Under the pieces are notes generated by a model that saw only the letters and a program-made list of their open reading frames with translations, did no database searches and was not told the origin of the DNA. The position numbers and the translations under genes were made by a program. Below, one piece after another: positions 45,615-54,600 of a DNA stretch of 64,000 nt (within the stretch, counting starts at the first letter, position 1; every line of letters starts with the position of its first letter). This DNA is from Acidimicrobiales bacterium (GTDB lineage Bacteria; Actinomycetota; Acidimicrobiia; Acidimicrobiales; Aldehydirespiratoraceae): positions 131,170 to 195,169 of the forward strand of contig JAWKIR010000004.1 in assembly GCA_041394245.1 (NCBI GenBank), read 5' to 3'.

Positions 45615-46174
45615 GACGTTGCCTTTGGTGAGGAGTCGGGAGTTCGAGGGGGATCGGGAACAGCGGCGACGAGGCGCGACTCGCAGAGGTCGAGCCAGCG
45701 AAGATCGGCTTCTGCCCGCACCACGAGGGCGTCGACGACGAGTCGGGCGGCAAGCGAGTCGGAATCGACGACGTCGGTCGGGCGGTCGCGCCGATGTCGT
45801 TGGAGAAGCCCGAACAGCGCCGTGCGTTGGCGGGTGATGACGGTGAGCGCGTGGTCGTGGCCCTGTTCGATCGCCATCAGTACCTTGAGCATCAGCTCGT
45901 CGCGCGGTGGCGGGTCCTCGGCGGGGATCGCCTCCCACCAGGAACCGAGCTCTTCGCGACCGGCGGCGGTGAGGGTGTAGAGCTTCTGGTCGTCGTCGCC
46001 GGAGAGCTCGACATCGACGAGACCGTCGCGTTCGAGGCGGTCGAGGGTCGTGTACACCTGTCCGACGTTGAGCTTCCAGACGCCGCCGGTGACCGATTCG
46101 AACTCGGTCTTGAGCTGATAGCCGTACCGGGCGCCGGGTTGGAGGAGTGAGAGCAAGCCCTCGCGTACTGCCAT
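45611..46174 (-). CDS. PadR-family transcriptional regulator
   Basis: C-terminal 188 codons of track ORF 45611..47581; the rest is antisense to the GH4 gene. ATG 46174 opens MAVREGLLSLLQPGARYGYQLKTEFESVTGGVWKLNVGQVYTTLDRLERDGLV (PadR winged helix). Confidence 0.85.
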   Translation of the reverse strand: MAVREGLLSLLQPGARYGYQLKTEFESVTGGVWKLNVGQVYTTLDRLERDGLVDVELSGDDDQKLYTLTAAGREELGSWWEAIPAEDPPPRDELMLKVLMAIEQGHDHALTVITRQRTALFGLLQRHRRDRPTDVVDSDSLAARLVVDALVVRAEADLRWLDLCESRLVAAVPDPPRTPDSSPKATS

Positions 46175-46176
46175 AG

Positions 46177-46199
46177 ATACCGAGTATGCATACCGAGTA
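46177..46199. promoter_or_regulatory. Candidate PadR operator in the divergent PadR / GH4 intergenic region
   Basis: AT-rich island directly upstream of the PadR ATG (46174). It holds the direct repeat ATACCGAGTA (46177..46186 and 46190..46199) flanking the 10-bp palindrome GTATGCATAC. Confidence 0.4.
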
Positions 46200-46285
46200 A
46201 CTACAGCGCAACCGATTTCTCGTGGAGTTCCCGGCCTTCGTCGGCGACCGAGCGGGTGGTACCGTGCCGCGCCGATGGAGGACGA

Positions 46286-47617
46286 ATGACCAAGATCTGT
46301 TTCGTCGGTGCGGGCAGCACCGTGTTCGCCAAGAACCTCCTCGGCGACATCTTGGCGTTTCCCGAGCTCGCCGGTTCGTCGATCTCCCTGCACGACATCG
46401 ATGCCGAGCGGCTGGCGACGTCGACGCTGGTCGCCAACCGGATCGCCGCGACGCTCGACGTGACGCCGACCATCGAGGCGTCGACCGATCGACGTCGAGC
46501 GCTCGAGGGTGCCGACTACGTCATCACGATGTTCCAGGTCGGGGGCTACGAACCGGCCACGGTCACCGACTTCGAGATCCCCAAGCGGTACGGCTTGCGC
46601 CAGACCATCGCCGACACGCTGGGCATCGGCGGGATCATGCGGGGCCTGCGCACCATTCCCGTACTGATCGACATGTGTCATGACATGGAAGAGGTCTGTG
46701 GCGACGCCACCCTGCTCAACTACGTCAACCCGATGGCGATGCTCTGCTGGGCGGTCGACCGGGCGACATCGATCGACACCGTGGGTCTCTGCCACAGCGT
46801 GCAGGGGACCGCGACACAGCTGGCCGAGGACCTCGGCATTCCCGCCGAAGAGATCCGCTACCGGTGCGCCGGCATCAACCACATGGCCTTCTACCTCGAG
46901 TTCGAACGCGAGACCGCCGAAGGTCGGGTCGACCTCTATCCCCAGCTCGCCGAGCGAGCCCGGGGCGAGGTGCCGAAGCGCCACGGTTACCTGTCCGAGG
47001 CGGTCCGCTACGAGATGTTCCGGCGGCTCGGCTACTTCGTCACCGAGTCGAGCGAGCACTTCGCCGAATACGTGCCGTGGTTCATCAAGGACGGACGCGA
47101 CGACCTCATCGACCGGTTCGGCATCCCGCTCGACGAATACCCGCGGCGCTGCGAGTTCCAGATCGCCGGGTGGGACGACCAGCGTCGCCGGCTCGAGGAC
47201 CCCGATGCCCCGTTCCGGGTGCGCCGCAGCCCCGAGTACGGCTCCGAGATCATCCACAGCATGGAGACGGGCACGCCGCGTGTGATCTACGGCAACGTCT
47301 CGAACCGCGGCCTCATCTCGAACCTCCCCACGGGCTGCTGTGTCGAGGTCCCCTGCCTCGTCGACGCCAACGGCGTGCAGCCGACGGTGATCGGCGAGCT
47401 TCCACCGCACCTCGCCGCGTTGATGCAGACGAACATCAATGTCCAGTCGCTCACCGTCGAAGCCGTGCTGGAGGGCCGCCGGGACCATGTGCTCCATGCC
47501 TCCATGCTCGACCCCCACACTGCCGCCGAGCTCGACCTCGACCAGATCGAGTCGCTCGTGACCGACCTCATCGACGCCCACGGCGACCTCATCCCGGCCA
47601 ACCTCCGGAGCAGATGA
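46286..47617 (+). CDS. Glycoside hydrolase family 4 (alpha-galactosidase/alpha-glucosidase, NAD+/Mn2+-dependent)
   Basis: Track ORF 46256..47617. ATG 46286 is preceded by GGAGGA. Strings KICFVGAGSTVFAKNLL, NYVNPMAM, GLCHSVQG and AGINHMAFYL. Confidence 0.85.
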   Translation: MTKICFVGAGSTVFAKNLLGDILAFPELAGSSISLHDIDAERLATSTLVANRIAATLDVTPTIEASTDRRRALEGADYVITMFQVGGYEPATVTDFEIPKRYGLRQTIADTLGIGGIMRGLRTIPVLIDMCHDMEEVCGDATLLNYVNPMAMLCWAVDRATSIDTVGLCHSVQGTATQLAEDLGIPAEEIRYRCAGINHMAFYLEFERETAEGRVDLYPQLAERARGEVPKRHGYLSEAVRYEMFRRLGYFVTESSEHFAEYVPWFIKDGRDDLIDRFGIPLDEYPRRCEFQIAGWDDQRRRLEDPDAPFRVRRSPEYGSEIIHSMETGTPRVIYGNVSNRGLISNLPTGCCVEVPCLVDANGVQPTVIGELPPHLAALMQTNINVQSLTVEAVLEGRRDHVLHASMLDPHTAAELDLDQIESLVTDLIDAHGDLIPANLRSR

Positions 47618-47675
47618 GGGCGCAACCTCGCGTGCCGATTGGACCCGGACGGGTGTGAACGCGGATCATCTGCGC

Positions 47676-49238
47676 ATGGCCAACACTGATGTCACCGGTT
47701 TCTGGAAGATCGCGGAAGCCGATCCCGACCATCTCGCGCTCGTCGACCCCGACTACAACGAGATGACCTACGGCGAGTTGTACGAGCTCACCAACAAGAT
47801 CGTCCACGGTCTGCGGGCCCTCGGCCTCCAGAAGGGCGATCAGGTCACCACGGTGCTGCCGAACTCCTTCGAGCAGATCGCCGTCTGCCTCGCCGCCTAC
47901 CAGGGCGGGTTCTACCTCACGACGGTGAACTGGCACCTGGTCGGTCCGGAGATCTCCTACATCGTCAACGACTCCGAGACGAAGGCGCTGATCGTGTCGG
48001 AGCGCTTCGCCGACGAGGCCGTCCGGGTCCTCGAGGACTGTGTGACGCCGGAGACGAATCGCTTCTCGGTGGGCGCAGTCCCGGGCTTTCGCCCGTTCGA
48101 CGAACTGATCGAGGGTCAGCCCGCGACCAGGCCCGACGACCTCTCGACCGGCTCCTACATGTTCTACACATCGGGCACGACCGGTCGTCCCAAGGGCGTG
48201 CGCCGGGGTCTCGTCGAGGGTCACCCCGACGAGACGGCGGCCGGCGCCGGCGGACTGTTCATGTTGTTCGGCACGATGCCCCACGACGACAACGTGCAGA
48301 TCACCCAGGCGCCGACCTACCACACGGCGGTCAACAACTGGACCACGATGGCGCTGCACATGGGGCACACGGTGGTCTTGATGGACAAGTGGACGCCGGA
48401 GGGACTCCTCGAACGCGTCGAGCGCTACAAGGTGACCCATTCACACATGGTGCCGACGATGTTCAACCGGCTGCTCCAGCTTCCCGACGACGTGCGCGAG
48501 AAGTACGACATCTCGTCGCTGCGCTCGATGGTCCATGCCGCGGCACCCTGTCCGGTGGAGACCAAGCGCCGGATGATCGAGTGGTGGGGCGACACCATCT
48601 GGGAGTACTACGCGGCGACCGAGGGTGGCGGTACCTACGTGGGCGCGGCCGAGTGGATGACCAAGCCAGGCACCGTCGGCAAGCCGTGGCCCGGGGCCGA
48701 GATCATCGTCGTCGACGAGGACGGCAACGACCTTCCGCCCTACGAGAGCGGCACCGTCTACATGAAGATGCCGGGCAACGCGTTCGAGTACAAGGGCGAC
48801 AAGGAGAAGACCGAGAAGAGCCGTCTGCGGGGGTTCTTCACCGTCGGCGACATCGGCTATCTCGACGATGACGGCTGGCTGTTCCTCAACGACCGGGCCA
48901 ACGACATGATCATCGCCGGCGGCGTCAACATCTACCCGGCCGAGATCGAGGGTGCCCTCGTGCAGCACGAGGCAGTCGGCGACGTCGCCGTGTTCGGCAT
49001 TCCCAACGACGACACCGGAGAGGAGATCAAGGCGGTGATCGAGTTGCGCCCCGGGTGGGAGCCCAACGACGAGACCACGGCGGCGATCATGGACTGGCTC
49101 CGTGGTCAGATCGCCAAGCAGAAGCTGCCGCGCTCGATCGACTACACCACCGAGATGCCCCGCGATCCCAACGGCAAGCTCTACAAGCGCCGCCTGAAGG
49201 ACCCCTACTGGGAAGGCCGCGAGGGCAACATCATCTGA
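47676..49238 (+). CDS. AMP-binding acyl-CoA synthetase
   Basis: Track ORF 47655..49238 starts at a GTG; ATG 47676 is an alternative. Motifs YTSGTTGRPKGV, YYAATEGGG, FTVGDIGYLDDDGWLFLNDRANDMI and PNGKLYKRRL. Confidence 0.85.
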   Translation: MANTDVTGFWKIAEADPDHLALVDPDYNEMTYGELYELTNKIVHGLRALGLQKGDQVTTVLPNSFEQIAVCLAAYQGGFYLTTVNWHLVGPEISYIVNDSETKALIVSERFADEAVRVLEDCVTPETNRFSVGAVPGFRPFDELIEGQPATRPDDLSTGSYMFYTSGTTGRPKGVRRGLVEGHPDETAAGAGGLFMLFGTMPHDDNVQITQAPTYHTAVNNWTTMALHMGHTVVLMDKWTPEGLLERVERYKVTHSHMVPTMFNRLLQLPDDVREKYDISSLRSMVHAAAPCPVETKRRMIEWWGDTIWEYYAATEGGGTYVGAAEWMTKPGTVGKPWPGAEIIVVDEDGNDLPPYESGTVYMKMPGNAFEYKGDKEKTEKSRLRGFFTVGDIGYLDDDGWLFLNDRANDMIIAGGVNIYPAEIEGALVQHEAVGDVAVFGIPNDDTGEEIKAVIELRPGWEPNDETTAAIMDWLRGQIAKQKLPRSIDYTTEMPRDPNGKLYKRRLKDPYWEGREGNII

Positions 49239-49335
49239 GAAAGTATCGAGGGGTCAGACACCCACACCTTCTCGCTCCTGCCTTCCGCGGGTCAACGGTG
49301 AGAAGGTATGGGTGTCTGACCCCTCGATACTTTCT
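49238..49335. repeat. 36-bp inverted repeat (1 mismatch, 26-nt loop) spanning the whole convergent intergenic gap; probable bidirectional terminator or REP/MITE-like element
   Basis: agaaagtatcgaggggtcagacacccacaccttctc (49238..49273) versus the reverse complement of gagaaggtatgggtgtctgacccctcgatactttct (49300..49335). The arms begin and end within the two stop codons. Confidence 0.8.
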
Positions 49336-49675
49336 ATTCGGCTTCGGGGTCGGTCTCGTAGATCCAGGCGCGGATGTGGTCGCCGGAGTCGAGGGTCACG
49401 TCGCACTGGATCCGGCGGTAGCCCGGGCCCTCGAAGTCGTCGATGTCGCGCCAGTGTTCGTCGAGTCGGTCCGACGTGAGCACGGCCACCGGGATGCTGC
49501 TCCCGGCCGGGTCGAGGGTGATGCCCGGGTGACCCTCGGCCGGCCCGAAACCGATCGGATAGGTCCAGCCGACGACGCGTCCGCCACGCCATTCGCCGTC
49601 GATGTTGCGGACGACCCAGTGGTTTTGTCCGCCCGGCATCAGTGTGCCGTAGGTGGCGAGATGTTCGATGCTCAG
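49334..49675 (-). CDS. Gamma-glutamylcyclotransferase (GGCT/AIG2-like) family protein; start codon unresolved
   Basis: C-terminal part of track ORF 49334..50113. LATYGTLMPGGQNHWVV is the family N-terminal YGTL motif. The first ATG (49639) lies after it. The only upstream option outside the P450 is CTG 49675, which overlaps the P450 TGA. Confidence 0.6.
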   Translation of the reverse strand: MSIEHLATYGTLMPGGQNHWVVRNIDGEWRGGRVVGWTYPIGFGPAEGHPGITLDPAGSSIPVAVLTSDRLDEHWRDIDDFEGPGYRRIQCDVTLDSGDHIRAWIYETDPEAE

Positions 49676-51003
49676 AGGAGGGCTGGGCTCGGAGTGAAGG
49701 CGACCGGGAGGTGCTTGATCCCGTCGACCAGGTTCATGCGCAGCCGCTGCGCCGGCCCCGTCCGGTGGATGTCGGGGCAGCGCTTCGCCAGCTCCTCGAA
49801 GATGATCTTGATCTCGAGGCGGGCGAGGTTGGCGCCCAGGCAGAAGTGGGCACCACCGGCTCCGAACGCCATGTGGTGGTTCGGCGCGCGGCCGATGTCG
49901 AACTCGTCGGCGGTCGGCCCGAACTCGGCCTGGTCGCGGTTGCCCGACGGGTACCACAGCAGCACCTTGTCGCCGGCCTTGATCTCGACCCCGCCGAGGA
50001 CGGTGTCCTCGGTTGCCGTGCGACGGAAGTAGTTGACGGGACTCGTGAACCGCAGGACCTCGTCGACCATGGTGTCGGCCAACCCTGCGGGATCGGCGAG
50101 CCAACGCTGCCACTGGTCGGGGTGGTCGAAGAACGCCATCATCCCCTTGGAGATGGCGTTCCGGGTGGTCTCGTTGCCGGCGATGATCAGCAGCGTGAAG
50201 AAGAGATCCCGTTCGAGCTCGGTGAGCTCGTGACGGCTGCCGTCCTCCATGGTGACCACGGCTTCGGTGAGACGGGTCCAGAGGTCGTCGGCCGGTTCCG
50301 CCCGCTTGCGGTCGGTCAGCTCGTGGGCGTACATCGCCATCTCGACCATCGCCGACTCCGAGTCGGTGAAGTCGCCCTCGGTGCCGGCTTCGGCGGAGGG
50401 GGCGGGCCCCTTGGACTGGTACTCCTCGTCGGCACCGCCGATGGTCCGGTTGCTCCAGTCGAGCAGCTTGTCGCGGTCCTCCTGGGGAACGCCGACGATC
50501 TCGGCGATCGCCATGAGCGGCAGCTCGGCGGCGATCGAGGTGACGAAGTCACACTCGCCCTTCGGGGTGACCACGTCGAGCAGGGCCGTGGTGCGTAGCC
50601 GGAACGCATCTTCGAGCCGGCGGACCATGCGAGGCGTGAAGCCGCTGTTCACCAGCTTGCGATAGGTCGTGTGCTTCGGCGGGTCGGTCATCACCATCTG
50701 CAGGCCGGGGCCGCGCTCAGCCTGCAGGTCGGTGAGGGAGATGCCCCCGGCGCCGTCGCGGCCGGGTCCGGTCTGGTGGCTGAAGAGCGTGCCGCTGCGG
50801 TGCACCTCGGTGATCAGTTCGTACGACGTGACGTTCCAGAACGGCTCGTCGCCCGCCTCGGGGGTCGCCTTGTTCTTCCAGACGGGCGCGTTCTCGCGCA
50901 GATAGGTGAACCAGTCGTGGGGACACCGCTCGGCGAACACGTCGAGGTTGCTGAAGTCGATGTCGTCGGGATCGACAGTGGTCGCGTCGGTATCGTTGGT
51001 CAT
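49672..51003 (-). CDS. Cytochrome P450
   Basis: Track ORF 49672..51009 begins at GTG 51009; ATG 51003 lies two codons in. Strings DPPKHTTYRKLV, I-helix AGNETTR, EVLRF and heme loop FGAGGAHFCLGANLARLE. Confidence 0.9.
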   Translation of the reverse strand: MTNDTDATTVDPDDIDFSNLDVFAERCPHDWFTYLRENAPVWKNKATPEAGDEPFWNVTSYELITEVHRSGTLFSHQTGPGRDGAGGISLTDLQAERGPGLQMVMTDPPKHTTYRKLVNSGFTPRMVRRLEDAFRLRTTALLDVVTPKGECDFVTSIAAELPLMAIAEIVGVPQEDRDKLLDWSNRTIGGADEEYQSKGPAPSAEAGTEGDFTDSESAMVEMAMYAHELTDRKRAEPADDLWTRLTEAVVTMEDGSRHELTELERDLFFTLLIIAGNETTRNAISKGMMAFFDHPDQWQRWLADPAGLADTMVDEVLRFTSPVNYFRRTATEDTVLGGVEIKAGDKVLLWYPSGNRDQAEFGPTADEFDIGRAPNHHMAFGAGGAHFCLGANLARLEIKIIFEELAKRCPDIHRTGPAQRLRMNLVDGIKHLPVAFTPSPALL

Positions 51004-51017
51004 GGTCACGTGGACAA

Positions 51018-51038
51018 AATACCTTCCTGAGAAGGAAT
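51018..51038. promoter_or_regulatory. Candidate MarR operator between the divergent P450 and marR-like genes
   Basis: AT-rich segment aaataCCTTCctgaGAAGGaatgt. CCTTC (51022..51026) and GAAGG (51031..51035) form inverted half-sites in a 60-bp divergent gap. Confidence 0.35.
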
Positions 51039-51068
51039 GTCAACCCGCCAGCGGCTATCGTCGGTGAC

Positions 51069-51602
51069 GTGACCGACACGAACGGCACCACACCGCCGAC
51101 CGACGAGTCCGCGCCGTCGACGTTGGGGGAGCTGGAGCGCCACGTCGAGCCCCGACACTGGTCGACGGTCGAGGTACTGGTGAGGATCTTCCGGACCGGC
51201 CGTCAGATCGAGGCGTGGCTGGCCGACACCCTGGCGACCGAAGGCCTCGACACGTCCGAGTACGCCGCCTTGAGCGCACTCTGGATGCACGGCGAGCCCC
51301 ATCGCCTGTCGGCAGGCGAGATCGCCGACCGACTGGTGCAGACCACCGGCGGCACGACGAAGACGATCCGTCGGCTCGAGGACCGGGGGCTCGTCCGCCG
51401 GGTCGCGGATCCCTCCGACGGGCGGCGAGCGTTGATCGAGCTGACGCCCATCGGCCTCCAAGCGGCCCAGGCGACCCTCGAGCTGGTGCTCGACGCGTTC
51501 GATCTCGAGATCGGCGACCTCGACGGCGCGGAACGCTCGGAGCTCGGGGACCGACTCGCCCGGGTCAGCGGCGAGCTCGACGAGCGGCTGCGGCGGCGCT
51601 GA
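51069..51602 (+). CDS. MarR-family transcriptional regulator
   Basis: 177-aa ORF with a GTG start, divergent from the P450. Winged HTH SAGEIADRLVQTTGGTTKTIRRLEDRGLVRRVADPSDGRRALIELT. Confidence 0.8.
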   Translation: MTDTNGTTPPTDESAPSTLGELERHVEPRHWSTVEVLVRIFRTGRQIEAWLADTLATEGLDTSEYAALSALWMHGEPHRLSAGEIADRLVQTTGGTTKTIRRLEDRGLVRRVADPSDGRRALIELTPIGLQAAQATLELVLDAFDLEIGDLDGAERSELGDRLARVSGELDERLRRR

Positions 51603-51612
51603 CCGGGCCGGC

Positions 51613-54600
51613 TCAGATGCTCGCGTCGGCGTTGCGGGCCGAGGCGTCGGCGAGCTCGGCGGCGCGTGCGTGGACCTCCGCGATCGCGTCGCGGAGGTCG
51701 GGGAGCTCGGCTTCGGTCGCGCCGTCCTCGCGCAGGAACGCGAACACCACCCTGATCACCGGCTCACCCGTGGCCGCCTCGACCGCCGCCGCGTAGCTGG
51801 CCCCCTGGAGGCGGTAGCGCTCGAGCTTGACTGCCACATCGTCGTCGCCGTCGATGCGGTCGGTCTTCCAGTCCACGACCACGAGGCCCTCGGCCGTTCG
51901 ATAGAGCAGATCGACGTAGCCCTCGATGAGGAAGGTGCCGATCGGCGCGGCGACCCACAGTTCACGCCAGTGCTCGCTTCGTGCCGCGGCACGCGCAACG
52001 CTCGAATCGACTCCGGCCTGTGCGAGCCGGGCCACGATGTCGGTGCGGTTGGCCACACCCTCTGCGGCGGCCTGGGCCCGCGCGGCATCGTCGAGTCCGG
52101 AACCGTCGGCCAGGTCGACGACCTGCAGCACGCCGTGGACGGCTCGTCCCACGGCGGTGCCGTAGCGGCCCTTCTGCCATGGCGGAAGGTCGAGATCGCG
52201 TGGACGTTTGTCGAGCCCCGGATCGAGTGGGAGGAGACCGGGGACGGGTCCGGGGTCGCTCGGGTCGACTCCCGGATCGCCCGGTGCGGCGGGCACTGGT
52301 CGGGGTGGTGGCGCAGCCTCCCGGGCGAGAGTGGTCGCCGCGATCACCGTCCGGGCCGAGGCCCGGGCGAGCGACGCGGTGCGTTCGGCCGTCCAGTCGG
52401 GGCGCGCCGGGAGCGGCTGCGGGGTGGGTCGGCTGATCGCAGGCACCCTGGCCGGGTGGGGTGTCCACTCGATGCCGGCGGCGGATGCGAGGCCGGGGGC
52501 GGCCAGCAGGCTGGCGCTCGTCGGCTTGCCCTTCGCATTGCGGTGGAGGCTGACCACGAGATGGTCTCGTGCTCTGGTCGCGGCCACGTAGAGCAACCGG
52601 ACCCGTTCGTGGTCGTCCATCTGGTCGTCGATCGGCTTCCAGTCGTCGTAGCCCTCGGACGTGACGGTGCCCGACAGCCGTACGATCGGGGGACCGCCGT
52701 TCGGAAAGGCGATGGATGGCCCCATCGGCGGCTTGCTCAGCTGGGTGGTCATCCCGCCGAGGACGGTGATCGGGAACTCGAGACCTTTCGCGCCGTGGAT
52801 GGTCATGATCCGCACGCTGTCGTCGTCGGTCTCGGGGAGCACCGTCTCTGAGACACGCGCATTGTCGGCGCCCTGGAGTCGAGCCCACTCGAGATAGGCA
52901 CGCAGGTCGCGACCGCCGGCGTCGGTCCAGGCCCGGGCCTGGTCGATCACGAATCGGAGGCGCCGCCAGACATCGCGGGGTGCCCGGGTCGCCACGGCGG
53001 TCTCGAGCACACCGCGTTCTCGCACGAGACGGTCGAGGAGTTCGGCCGGGTTGGACCACAGTCGCTGTTGGTGCAGTTGCGCGAGATGGCGCAGTCCGTC
53101 GGCGACCGGGTGGCTCCCGGCGCCTTCGGGAAGATCGTGCCGCAACGAGAATCGGCCTCCGAGCCCGAGACGCCAGTGCGCGAGGTCGTCGTCGCCGCAT
53201 CCGTAGACGAACGATCGCAGGGACGCGACGGTCGCCAGCTCATCGGTCGGGTCGGCGACGGCGCGCAGCGCGAGCATGAGTTCGCGGACCTCTCGGGTGG
53301 CGTAGACCAACGAACTCGTCTCGGCCCGGTACGGGATGCGGGCGTGGTCGAGGGCCCGTTCGAGGAAGGCGAGGCTCGTGCGGGCGGGAAGGAGGATGCA
53401 CACGTCGCTCGGTCGGGCCGGACGCCATCCCACGTCGTCGTCGTGGACGCTCCACGGGTCGGCACCATGGAGGGCATCGGCGATCGTCGCCGCGATGTCG
53501 CGGGTCTCTCGTTCACGGAGTTCGTCGGCTGACAGCGCAGTGTCGGCGGCGGTCGTGCCGAGGAGTGCGACACCGGGACCCGACGGTGGGGGTTCGCGGC
53601 GAAACGCGGTGAGCGGCGCGTAGTCGGGTTGGCTCTCGGGGACGAAGGTGATCAGCTCGCCGAACACGTCGTTGATCCAGGCGATGACCGGTGCCACGGT
53701 CCGGAAGTTGACCGTGAGGCGGGGTCCGTCGGGGAACCGATCGCGGGCCGCGAGATACACGCTGATGTCGGCTCGCCGGAACCGATAGATCGACTGTTTC
53801 GGATCGCCGACGAAGAAGAGCCGGCCGGGTTCGACGGTGAGCTCGTCCCAGCGCCGTTCGACCACCTCGGTGTCGGTGGCCGCGATCAGGGCGGCGAGTT
53901 CGACCTGAATCGGATCGGTGTCCTGGAACTCGTCGAGCAGGAGCCGGGCGTAGCGCACCCGCAACGACGCCCGGACCTCGGCACCGTGGGCGGTCGAGCG
54001 AAGCAACCGCCGGGCCTGGACGAGAAGGTCGTGGAACTCGAGCCGTCCGGTCTGGCGGCGCTCGGCGGCCATCGCGAGCACGAAGCGACCGAGCCGGCCG
54101 GCGATGTGGGTGAGAGCTCCGGTGGTGACGGCGCGGACTGCCGCGTCGCAATCGCTGCCCAGACCGCGTACCGCGTGGCGGACGTCTTTCACGTCGACCG
54201 TCCAGTTCGCGGCGGCGCCGGCGCCACCCGGTTTGATCGTGAGGGTGCCCTTCTCGCCGAGATCGGCGGCGAGCGCCATCGCGTCGATCTCGTCGTCGGC
54301 GGCGTCGGCCAAGCGGGTACGTCGCTCGTGCACCGTCGCGAACCAGGGGAGGAGCTTGTCGTCGTCGTTCGTGCAGTGATGGCGGAGCTCGAGGACCTCG
54401 TCGAAACGGGCCAGGAGTGCGTCGATGTCGAACGGCGCCGGTTCGGGGGCGTCGAGCGCCAGCCGTTCTTCGACGAGATCCCAGTTGTCGGTCATCTGCA
54501 GGGCGAGCTGGCGCAACGAATCGAGACGGACGCGGGCAGCCTCGAGCGCCAGGATCGACCGACCCATGTCGGTGTCGTCCAGCAGTTCGTCGAGGAACTG

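Noticed and set aside
46175-47581. N-terminal ~470 aa of the 656-aa minus-strand ORF 45611..47581.
   Set aside because: This part is antisense to the GH4 glycosidase and has typical shadow composition (VDD/GE/HR-rich). Only the last 188 codons form a PadR winged-helix protein with its own ATG.
49238-49335. Whether the 36-bp inverted repeat (and the one at 29053..29111) are the ends of an insertion sequence or MITE.
   Set aside because: There is no transposase, no obvious target-site duplication, and the two elements share no convincing similarity. Copy number cannot be judged from one window. I keep this as an open finding, not a mobile-element call.
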